64,000 bases of DNA, taken from Octopus vulgaris (Eukaryota). Where the stretch lies: NCBI GenBank assembly GCA_951406725.2, contig OX597823.1, forward strand, positions 40,796,001 to 40,860,000, given 5' to 3'. A program made the translations under genes and the position numbers. Under the pieces are notes generated by a model. The model was not told where the DNA came from, made no database searches, and saw only the letters and a list, made by a program, of their open reading frames with translations. Below, one piece after another: positions 52,841-64,000 of the stretch (positions are counted from its first letter, which is position 1; every line of letters starts with the position of its first letter).

Positions 52841-53681
52841 CACACATGCGTGCATATATAAATATAAATATATATATATATACACATAAATGTTTGCAAC
52901 TAAACCAATTCTATTGAGAATTATAATGAAATATTTGTGGGTGAATTAAAAGAATATTTTTCTGTGTAAATGATTGTATGGTAGCTTATAAATAGTCCAG
53001 CCTATAGTAAATAAATAGTAACGGAGTAGAAGGCTATTCGTAACTCTTCATGAATATTCATACTTTTCTGTTTGTATCTGGAAGAATGATATATGCTAAA
53101 CCGTCCGCTTTGAATCTTAACGTTTCTTTGATTTTTATTTATTTTTTTTTTTTACTCTTTTAATTTCTCGTTGCGAAACCCGATTTCGAATTTCTGATTA
53201 GAATATATAATATCAATAATAAGAATATTAATATGAATATTAACTAACCCAAGCCGGTTGTGTTATCAATTCTCTCCACGCATGTAAATACGTTGGTTGC
53301 ATAGCATTTAGAAAGAATAATTTTCCATATTTCAACAGACTATAAAATTATGTATTCTAGGAGTTTGGAAGAATCTGAAATATTTCAACTGGCGTTTAAT
53401 CAAACATGTTTGATTAAGAGTCATGTGTTTATGTAAGGCATCAATTTATGTAAGAACCCAGTTACATGTGTATATCACATTGTCGACACACACACCAACA
53501 TAGACACATAGACACATACGTCACATAAATAGATACGTACGGATATATCTAGACAGGCACAAACATATGTGCATGTATACATTTATTAAGCAATACTAGT
53601 AACCACGTTTTGGGTTTCAAGGTCCCTAACAACTTTCTAAGGCTTTTCTTGTTTCCAGTTTATTTTCATATTATTTATCAA

Positions 53682-53880
53682 GCCGGCAAAATCATTTGCA
53701 TGCCGGACAAAATAATTTGCAGAGTTTCGTCCTTCTTTACGTTCTGGGTTCAAATACTACCGAGGTCGACTTTGCCTTTCATACTTCTGAGATCAGTTAA
53801 ATAAGTACCGGTTGAACACAGCGGTCGGTGCAATCGATTTACTCTTCCCTCTCAGGCCTTGTGGCTACAGTAGGAAAGAT
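53682..53880 (+). mobile_element. SINE family A copy
   Basis: tttacgttctgggttcaaatactaccgaggtcgactttgcctttcat...taagtacc. Confidence 0.8.
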
Positions 53881-53895
53881 TATTTATCAAGCATA

Positions 53896-53970
<75 letters not shown>

Positions 53971-55253
53971 TGTGTGTCTACCGATGTGTGTTTGTATAAA
54001 TGTGTATGTATATATCTACGCTTGTATGATTATGTTTGGTTAAACAATCAAGAAAAAAGAACTCAATACGTAAAATTGTGTATATACAATCTTGTTTTCT
54101 AGCTTAATACAGAATTTACTAAAAGCTGTAGATTTTCGATTTTAAGAGGTTTTTTATCACAGTATGATAACAGCTTTAATTCAAACTCTCATGGGCAGCT
54201 TACATAGTATTCTTAGGTAATAAATAATTATACATATATTAATATTTATATATACATAAATATATTCTTTGTCAAAATACCTCAGAGATCTTCAAGGCGA
54301 GATGCGGATGTGTTCTAGAAACATATAGAAAGTTTTAACAGTGATGCCAGATGAATATACATTGCAGGAACAAACGCAATGAGGGATACATTTGCCTTGC
54401 TCACTACTCCACCAGCACCAAATTGAAAGGGAGGGCTGGAAAATGGGTTTCAAATAAACTGGTATTCACACGAATGATGGTGTCCTAGAATGGTCACATA
54501 CTTGGCCGACACCAGGTAAAAATTAAATTTGATGAACTGAAATATCCTCTAGAGAAGCTGAATAAACTAATGCTACCATATTTGACGGCTACGCTTCCCT
54601 TAAAAAAATTGTATATATAGCTGATATTTCGGTGTAAAATGCCCTATGGTAAATAAAATTTAAATGCCTCTACATAAAATAGTCTTTGGAATAAGTTCTA
54701 CCGTGATAAGTTGTCCCATTGTCATTTTCTTTGTCTCGCTTGGCAAAAAAATTGTTATTATAATTCCTAAACACATTTCTCTTGCAATAAAAGTGTTGGT
54801 GGCGAACGATCTCCTTACACGAGGAAGAGTGTAAAATCTTGTAGAAATCTTATTTGAAATGCTTGCATGTACAATAACAGTGCCATTCCTTTTTCTCATT
54901 CGTTCGCTTTTCTATTGTCGTAGGTTCCTGTCCAATATTGTAAATGATATAAACAAAGTTAGAAGGTGTTAATCTCCATTTGTCAGAAAATTTATATTCT
55001 TTCTCTGACGAGAATATAACAAAACCTGAAACTAGCAGATCGGTTTCTTTCTTCTGTCCATTGAGAAATTAAGCTGTATTGTAATCACTATGTTTATTTT
55101 TCACAAGGAGGCTGAATTGTATGCTTATTTTAAAAGATTTGCCGTATATTTGTAATTACAGTGTGTGTGAGGAAACATATAATACGTATAGGACTATGTG
55201 TTTATGCACGTATATACGTCTACGTCTATGACTATATCCATACGTATATGTGC

Positions 55254-55291
<38 letters not shown>

Positions 55292-55921
55292 CAGAGGTAT
55301 ATAGAAGCAAGCACCACAGCCACACATTCGTGAACACAGCGCTACATACATACATACACGTACATACATACATACATACATACATACATACATACAGACG
55401 GAGAGACTGACAGAGAAAGACACGTGCACACACACATACACACACTCTGTAGTAGTAGCTGTCTGACTGCCAACATCGAACCATCGCAAAATAAATAACA
55501 AAATAAATAGCAAGATTCACTTGGCATCCAGACCAGCAAAATAAACACCTCCATTATGGCGGATTTGATTTGACAAAGAGTTTAATGGTAAATACACAAC
55601 AAGAACATTTCATCCAATTTTATGTCGCAATTACACAAATTTTCTTTGGCAAGGCAATTATTTTCTTTTAACTTGAGACATTGATATCAAATATATCGCA
55701 CTCCCACACTCTGCTTCACTGGCACACACATAGACTCACACACACACACGCATACGCACACAAACATACACACACACACACTCTCTCCCTCCCTCACGCT
55801 AGTACATTCTCTTACTTTTACATTCCTCTCAACATCTGTCTGTCTCTCTTTCTCAATGTCTTTCCTTCTCTCTAATTCTCTACTATATTGTAAGAACGTC
55901 TTATATATATATGAAATGTGT

Positions 55922-55961
<40 letters not shown>

Positions 55962-56021
55962 TTACATATAAATACACACACACACACACACACACACATA
56001 TGTGTGTGTATGTGTGCGTGC

Positions 56022-56172
56022 TTGTGCAGTATGGTTGACTGCTTAAGAAACTCGCTTCGCAATCAAGAAATCTCAGGTTCAATTCCAGTGTGAGAAAACT
56101 TGGGCGAATATCATTTCCTTTGACGTCAGGTCGATTCATGGCCTGGAAGTGAAAACGGGTAGACGGGAACTA
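56022..56172 (+). mobile_element. SINE family B, degenerate head
   Basis: caggttcaattccagtg...cttgggcgaat...ggtagacgggaact. Confidence 0.55.
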
Positions 56173-56552
56173 CGCACCCACACAAACCACGCATATGTAA
56201 AAATACTTACGTGAGTGTGCGTCTGTGTGCGTGCGTGAGTATATTTACGTACCTTACGGAATAGATTCAAAATGAGATACACACATGCAAAAAGCAAGAG
56301 AGAGCAAGAGAGAGAGAGAGAGAGAGCTGATATGTCTCAGTCAGATGAATAGAATATTAACTCGAAATATTAACTAAGAAAGCATGACGACATAACAGAC
56401 ACAGGGGATGTTAATACTGGTGCAGGAGAGATTGAATTACGCTTTAGAATATAGTTTTTTTTTAGTTCCCCGTCGCTTCCAACCCTGTACCACACAGTAA
56501 TTTACTCTCCCACCATCACTGCGTTTTGTATACATGGGCCTGTCTCTTTTGG

Positions 56553-56789
56553 TCTTCTTCTTCTTCTTCTTCTTCTTCTTCTTCTTCTTCTTCTTCTTCT
56601 TCTTCTTCTTCTTCTTCTTCTTCTTCTTCTTCTTCTTCTTCTTCTTCTTCTTCGTCTTCTTCTTCTTCTTCTTCTTCTTCTTCTTCTTCGTTATACTACT
56701 ACCACTGCTGCTGCTGCTGCGTCACAACTGCAAGTACTATTGCAGGTGCTTCTACTGCTGCGAGTAATAATAATAACAATAACAATAAC

Positions 56790-56839
<50 letters not shown>

Positions 56840-56922
56840 TAATAATAATGATGATGATGATAATAATAATAATAATAATAACAATATTTATGATGATGAT
56901 GATGATAATAACAATGTTAGTG

Positions 56923-57013
<91 letters not shown>

Positions 57014-57410
57014 GAAGAAGAAGAAGAAGAAGAATAATAAGAAGAATTACATCTCTCTCCCAAACCCAACAAGATGTGCAATGTACAGTACTAATAAGTA
57101 CGCCAAACGTCATACAACTAATCTTCTTGTTATTGTTGTTGTTATTGCTACTGTTGTTGTTGTTGTTGTTGTTATTGCTACTGTTGTTGGTGGTGTTGTT
57201 ATTGCTGTTGTAAATTGTTGTTGTTGTCATTACTTCAATATTTTAACAATACTCCCAAGATAAACTGTTCACAGTCAGTTGAGTGTAATATTACTTTCAC
57301 AACAGAACCCGAGCTTTTATTATTATTATTTTAAAATTTTTGCTTTCATCTTGTATGTTTCTGTCACTGTTATTGTTGCTTCATTTGTTGTTGTTGTTGT
57401 TGTTGTTTGC
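56553..57410. repeat. Large compound trinucleotide microsatellite (TCT, TGC, AAT, GAT, AAC, AAG, TTG)
   Basis: Seen directly; produces the 245-aa poly-S/N ORF. Confidence 0.95.
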
Positions 57411-57623
57411 TCTGCTTTTTACGTTTTAGTTTCTTCCCGAATGTATTTGCTTAAGAAATTAATTTGCATATTTTCAAAGTTAGTATTTTTGCCCTTTTTT
57501 TTCTAACTGAAACAATATCGATTTCTTTAAGTATATATCTGAAAACATTAGCGCCTTATTGACTCTTATTCTTTGATATGCTGTTCAGAATCTTCACCAT
57601 GAGAACAAATATGACGATAAATA

Positions 57624-57672
<49 letters not shown>

Positions 57673-58205
57673 CGATGATGATTTGTTTTATATGCCACAA
57701 AAACATCGGAGAAGGGGATATAACAAGCACAATTTGCAATTTGCGTGGGGATTTACATAACAGAAGAAGAGAAAGAAATAGAATCAAGGGTGAAATAAAA
57801 GTAGACATAGTATACAAAATATGTGGACACATTAATGCCGCGGTCCACCTGATACAAGGGAATCACCAAAAACGAGCCTGTCAAAGAACCCCAACTCCAG
57901 ATCCAAGACCACTTTGACCACCAAGGGCACAAGCCATCGCCCAACAATTGTTTTTTCAGTTCATAGGCACATGCTCGATGTGGGTCAATTCACCTTAAAC
58001 ATTTTCGTTAGTCACCTACCTTTTTAAAATTTCATTGGGAGAAAGAATTTCCCTCTCCACCCTCATTTTCCTTTCCAAATGAACTTTAAAAATATGACTA
58101 AGGACTTGACAGAAGAAGGTCTCTTTCCTCAACCCTTTCAGCCTCGTTCACCGTACAACCTCTTTCACCTTAATGAAAAACACAGGGGAACACCACCTGC
58201 CCTGG
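57624..58205 (-). mobile_element. Tx1/L1-like LINE 3' end with (ATC)n tail
   Basis: Minus-strand peptide VKEVVR*TRLKGLRKETF...IFKVHLERKMRVEREILS resembles L1/Tx1 ORF2 C-termini (K..W..R pattern decayed). A U-rich 3' UTR ends gtggcatataaaacaaat(cat)n. Confidence 0.6.
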
Positions 58206-60479
58206 CTTGTTAAAGGTGGACGAATAATATATATTTTGTAATTCGAGACACTCTTCGAAGTAATAATAGACGAGGAAGCATCTTCTTTGTCGCTTGATCT
58301 GTTAGAAATAGGAACCAAATATATTATGTCATCTAAAAACGAAAATTATACACAAGCGTAATTTTACATAAAGTTGTCGTAGTTATCCCTTTCAAAAGGT
58401 AACGTTCTTTGTTGGAATACCCAGTCACATTTTAAGGCCTGTACAACGTATTTGTAAGAGCGACATCTTTACATGAAGTATCGTTGAAAAAACTCACAAC
58501 ATAAATAAGTTATTAAATGAGTGTAAAAGAATTAATAAATGATAATTAAAATCAATAAATGACACAAAAATTACAAGCAAATGATGGCTCATTAAAAATT
58601 TAAATATATACAAATTTATATATGTGATTACATATAATATATATATAGTTATATGCAATATATATAATTGTATCTTCCACCTACTTTCTCTCATTTACCA
58701 TAAATATAATTATAAATATATTATGTATAATACATAAAATACCTAAATATATAATATTGAATATATAGACAGACATCTGAGTAGATAGTTGCTTAAATTT
58801 AAATAATTAATAAGGCGAGGCTCTGTTTAATAATGGGACGTTTATGTTATTTTTGCAGTCTTGTATATATACATTGTATATACACATCTGTGGGATTTTA
58901 CCCGCCATATTGAATGACTGTCATGTGTAAAAGAGGGTGGCTGTGCACTTACGTGAATTCTAACGTTTCGAACATCGTATATTCAACTTTCAGTATATCT
59001 TTAAAATACATATGATCATCCTCCTCTTTATCTCCATCCCTCATCCTCTGCCTTCTCCTTATCATTATCATCTACAACAGGAGCAAAAGCAAAATTAATC
59101 AATAGCCAACGACCTTACTAAATTTAAATTAAAAGAAAAACACTTCTCCCAGATATTATTCCGTTGTTAATAATAAAAGTCGATTTAAATAGACCAGTAG
59201 ACATTACCCGAAAGTTCTGCATCAAGAGTAAACATTAACCAAAGCCGTTGTTGAATTGTCATCAGTTATATATGTTTGACGCTGTCAAAACACGGAATCT
59301 AGTGAATATATCATTATTCAAATGGTTGCTCCTCCAATTTACGACAACACCAAAATGACTGTAGGTTATTTAATAAAGTGATACACGAACAACAAAAGTG
59401 TCAGTTAAAATCTTTCTAACAATTCAATGTGAATCTTTACAGTAGTTTCTTCTTTCCTCTAGTTGACTCATCTATCGACATATCTACGTATAGTTCCTCG
59501 CCTATCTACATAATAATGTTTTCATTAATGTCCTAAATCATAGCAACAAAGATCGTAAAAAATGTATTCGGTTGTCAGATACATTCGTTTATTTTCTCTT
59601 CATTTTTTTTTTACTTGTCCTTCTATCGTCACATGGCTGGAAAAGAGGTAAAATTTATTCAAATTTCAAAAGCAATAAACAAAAGTTGTAGAGGAAGAAT
59701 AGAGCTACAAAAAAAGTCACAAAACATTACAAAATATAGTATATTTTTGTATTAATTCAAATAATATTGAAAAAGATTAAAATGAATGGGTGAGAAAAAA
59801 GGAACGAACCAAGATATCAGATAACTCAATATTTCATCATCACCTTGTTTCACATTTTCAAAGCCAACGTGGCATATAAAACAAATCATCATCATCGTCA
59901 TCATCAACGTCATGGTCGATAGAAAAAGTACCAATCCAAGGTTGTGAATTATGGAACTAGATGATTTAGAATGCCGGACTGGATGATTTAGAGTTCAAAT
60001 CTCGCTATGGCATTCTTGGATGTTAGACTTAATCAGTTCTGCGGTTTAATACCACAACTTGGCAGTTTGGATGTCTTTAGAAATAGTTCAGTTCAGATGT
60101 CTTCAAGTTTGCGGATATGATTCTCTGTCCCACCTAGCTGACAGATAATGGCTTCCCTCCTGACTAAAAGGATACCAAAACCGACAACGAAAATAAGAAT
60201 CAGTTTGGTAATTATTAATCAAGATTTTGAAGATTTCATTGCTAAATATTAGTGAAATTCTTCATTCTTCAAACAACTCAGACACATGCACCTACGCGCA
60301 TATTCATGTACGGGCACAAAAACAACTCATGCGCGCATGCATATACGTATACATCCACATGGCCTCTGTGCATATACATATAGATGCACACTCGCACAGG
60401 CTTACACACACATGCACACACAAAAGAAATTTACGTTAGATGCTGTTTTGACTAAGTTACCAATGAAAGCGCATAACCG

Positions 60480-60722
60480 GGCGGTTATTGAGTTGCAGTC
60501 ACGATCGCAAGATTTTAATTTTTATTTCCGGAGCGAGCGGGCATTGCACTGTATTCTTGGACAAAATACTCCATTTCACGTTGCACCAGTTCACCAGTCC
60601 ATTCAGCAGGAAATGGATAAGTCTCCGGCCGACAGGCATCTCGTCCAGGAGAAATGTTATGATCTCATTCACTTATATGGTATGGAAACCGAATAACCGG
60701 CCCGATGAGTCCTGGAACTCAT
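60480..60722 (+). mobile_element. SINE family C, degenerate
   Basis: gtcacgatcgc head remnant, gacaggcatctcgtccagg, and tggaaaccg...ccggcccgatgagtc tail, as in 48560-48862. Confidence 0.55.
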
Positions 60723-60904
60723 GGAAGTGTTTATTTACTACGCTGCACGTCGTTGCCGGGTCATAGTGCTAGTGCATGTATATATGTGTATATATATGTG
60801 TACATATTACATGTACATCTATATATATACATCTACACATAAAATGCAAAATACAAAGTTATATCTTGATATCGCTAGTGATAACAATACTCAAAATATA
60901 TAAC

Positions 60905-61400
60905 AGACTGGAATTGTAGGCCCGTCTCTTGCAATTTCGATCAATTGTATCTTTCCTCCCTCTTGTATAGAAGTGTGGCTACAATCCAGCCTACCTCTAC
61001 TTCTGGGGGGACATTTTAAATTTTTATCCGGGACGTCCTACGTCCCAGATATAAAGTTAAAAATAAAATATTTCCACTTTGCAAGGTTCGAGTCGAGTAC
61101 TGCCTTGCACGCTCCGTTGACTCGAACCTTGCTTCTATTGTGGCGAATTTACCGCCTCTAGTTAGATACTTAATATCTTTCATAGTCGCACCAAGACACT
61201 TTTCAATGGTGCTTTCCTCCATGTGTTCAAATCTTTTTCTCTCTCCATTGTATACTTTATAGACAATAGACTTTTCTTTAATTTTATTTCGTTTGGTGGT
61301 GTTATCCGAGATTCACTGTCTTTGTCGGTGATCAATGCGAAATAGGTTTGTATTTCTTCCATTTTAATTTTAATGAGTTCGCCGCCCGCAGACGGCTGCA
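60905..61400 (-). pseudogene. Decayed coding relic, possibly LINE ORF1
   Basis: Two overlapping non-repetitive ORFs (61180-61362 and 61016-61222) join through one frameshift into ~115 aa (..IKYLTRGGKFATIEARF...LYLGRRTSRIKI*NVP). The family assignment rests on recall only. Confidence 0.4.
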
Positions 61401-62328
61401 GCGAAATTCATTTTTGGACTTTCTTCTATCGAAGACAGTTTAACAAAAATGCTTCCGTGTAAACGGTGAAAATATTGTCAATTTCCCCAAACAAGGACAC
61501 AATTCAATTTTTAAACAATAACCAAAGTTCCTTCTCCCAAAGGGGGAGGGTTACGGTTTACAATTTTTAACAAATGCAATACAACAACGCTTCCCTTAAG
61601 AGGAACCAACAAACGTGATAACAATAGTTAAACAGTAATAATAATAACAACAAACCTTATGGTGAACCAAAAAGCAGTACTCTGTTGAAGCTATAGGCAT
61701 TTATGGATCAGAAATAAATCAACAGCAGTACTCAGTAGAAGCGCCTGCTCGAGAAAACAGACATTACATACAGCCAAACTTCATATAGATACTTAATGCT
61801 TGCTAATTAGCAGATAATCTAATGTAAAAGCCGTGGTAAACAGTACGTACACAGCTCCATCTGGACTATTCCATTTCTGCACTTAAATTTTATTTTTTAT
61901 TTATTCCCATTCATGTGAAACCACTTATTCAATGCGAGTTCAAGTCATTGATGCAATTTTATACCAATTGCTATTTTTACTTTTGTTATGTTACGATTAT
62001 ATTATACTTTAGTTTGATTTTAATTATTACTTACTACATATAATTCAATTGTTATTATTATCTGTAATATTTATTGTTAAAGTGAAAGTATCTGACACAA
62101 AATAGAAAAATGTTTTTGTTTCACTTTTAACGCGTAATACTGAAATAGTGGAGAAGATATGATATTGCTATGGGCTCACCCTAGGCAAGAAGTTGAACAT
62201 TTTTTTTGGCCAAGAAACTACATGGACCCTCAGTAAGACATATGTAAAATTTGAATGAAATTGGTTGAACAAAGCGCTCTCATTATTTCTTTCTTAAAGC
62301 CTGGTACTTATAGTATATACATACACAG

Positions 62329-62745
62329 AACATATGCTATAATTATAAACAGGGCAAATTTTAGCCATTTCTCAGAAGACTGAAACGAAAAATGATGAAC
62401 AAACTTAATCGATCTTCGTACATTCTTGGGTTCTCCTCAGAGGAGTCCACATCATTCTGAAAATCTCAAGAGCAGTAAGTAGCGAAACTGCTTATATGCT
62501 CAACAAATGCAGCAGTTTCTCTATGAAGGAGTTCCTAATTTGCATACCGAAAATGTTTGACCCTCTATAAATACCAGCGGCCAGTCATCGGGGACCTTAT
62601 TCCAAACAGTATCAAGATATGATATGATATATATGTAACATATGGTATGATTATAAACAGGGCAAATTTTAGCCATTTCTCCGCAGACTGAAAAGGTGAT
62701 GAACAACCTTAATCGATTTTCGAACCTTGTTGGATTCTCAGAGGA
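62329..62745. repeat. Diverged ~115-bp direct repeat (62329-62444, 62637-62745), probable non-autonomous DNA element
   Basis: Shared identical 32-mer attataaacagggcaaattttagccatttctc with colinear flanks. Confidence 0.8.
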
Positions 62746-63179
62746 TTGAATTGCCGTTTCTTTCTCGACTCACTTTATTGATAATATCATTCAGAGTGGG
62801 TGAAACGGTGAAAGAGAGAGTATGTGTGAGAGAGAGAGGGAAATACACCAAGAGAAAGAGAGAGAGGGGAGGCTGAAAAAGATAGAAAAAGTGAGTATGA
62901 GAGGGAGAGAATGTGGGAGTGAAAGAAACAGAGATATAGAATAAGAAACGACACTGTAACCCATATATTTGAACATGGAGCTTATTAAAGAATCCAATGC
63001 GATCGCTAAGATGCTTATATCCGAAGCTGAAATACGAAGAATAAGATTGGATTTGTCGGTCTGATTCTTGAGAAGTTAAACATATAAGGAATTTAGTTAT
63101 AGAAAAGTATATAAATGCGTATGTGTGAGTATGTGTGCGTGCGTGTGTATGGGTATATATACTTATATGTATGATTACA

Positions 63180-63229
<50 letters not shown>

Positions 63230-63516
63230 AACAAACCGAGAAAAAGAGTCCTTTGAAAGAGGTGTATTAAACATCCAATTCACTGGTACGTCAGTTGATT
63301 ACCATATAAATATGGGTATAATGCAATAACAAAGATAAATTAAATAGAGAGACACTGTTGACAATCCAATAATTTATTTATAGTATATTATAATATTACA
63401 CTATTATATAATATGCTATAAACATAATATAACATAATATTATATAACATAAACAATTATTAAAAAAACCAAAATGCCCAACAAACTGTTTCGACTTATA
63501 TACATTTTCTGATATA

Positions 63517-63930
63517 CTCTTTTACTCTTTTACTTGTTTCAGTCATTTGACTGCGGCCATGCTGGAGCACCGCTTTTAGTCGAGCAAATCGACCCAAGGT
63601 CTTATTCTTTGTAAGCCCAGTACTTATTCTATCGGTCGCTCTTGCCGAACCGCTAAGTGACGGGGACGTAAACACACCAGCATCGGTTGTCAAGCAATGT
63701 TAGGGGGACAAACACAGACACACAAACACACACACACACACACATGTATAAATATATACATATATACGACAGGCTTCTTTCAGTTTCCGTCTACCAAATC
63801 CACTCACAAGGCATTGGTCGGCGCGGGGCTATAACAGAAGACACTTGCCCAAGATGCCACGCAGTTGGACTGAACCCGGAACCATGTGGCTGGTTAGCAA
63901 GCTACTTACCACACAGCCACTCCTGCGCCT
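63517..63930 (-). mobile_element. tRNA-derived SINE family B, full-length young copy
   Basis: On the minus strand: A-box tggctgtgtgg, B-box gggttcagtcc, CORE-like cttgggcaagtg, internal (TG)n and tail (gtaaaaga)2. A possible TSD tgatata lies at 63510-63516 and 63933-63939. Confidence 0.92.
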
Positions 63931-64000
63931 ATTGATATAAAAAAATTATTGTTTCAATTAACTAATGATAGTCTTCTATATTTATTGTTTATTGGAGGGA

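Noticed and set aside
53396-53417. 22-bp perfect palindrome ttaatcaaacatgtttgattaa
   Set aside because: It is AT-rich and isolated, and plausible by chance in 64 kb.
56526-57263. Longest ORF in the window (245 aa, poly-S/N/D/K)
   Set aside because: It is entirely a compound trinucleotide repeat, and overlapping frames on both strands are also open.

Overview
This is an AT-rich, gene-poor eukaryotic window dense in microsatellites. From recall, not verified by search, the repeat families closely resemble those of octopus (coleoid cephalopod) genomes. I found no convincing host protein-coding gene, rRNA, tRNA gene or CRISPR array. Nearly all ORFs in the track are read-throughs of (TA)n, (CA)n, (TACA)n or trinucleotide repeats. 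The supportable content is transposable-element debris. There are at least three SINE-type families plus one unclassified short repeat; a young 5'-truncated CR1-type LINE; R4/Dong-like, Tx1/L1-like and RTE-like LINE relics; and a Penelope-like element (PLE) with a GIY-YIG endonuclease plus two shorter copies. DNA transposon remnants include two mariners, a DD37D (maT) element and several MITEs. The most notable observations are: (1) a minimal hammerhead-ribozyme-like motif with a non-canonical core (CUGUKGA), repeated in all three PLE copies; (2) a 172-bp spacerless palindrome; (3) a CR1 insertion bracketed by a ~220-bp near-identical duplication, with a possible 3' transduction; (4) head-to-tail SINE arrays with target-site duplications at the SINE head; (5) a ~100-bp hairpin-bearing module embedded in (AAT)n. 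All alignments and folds were done by eye, and element boundaries are approximate unless stated otherwise.
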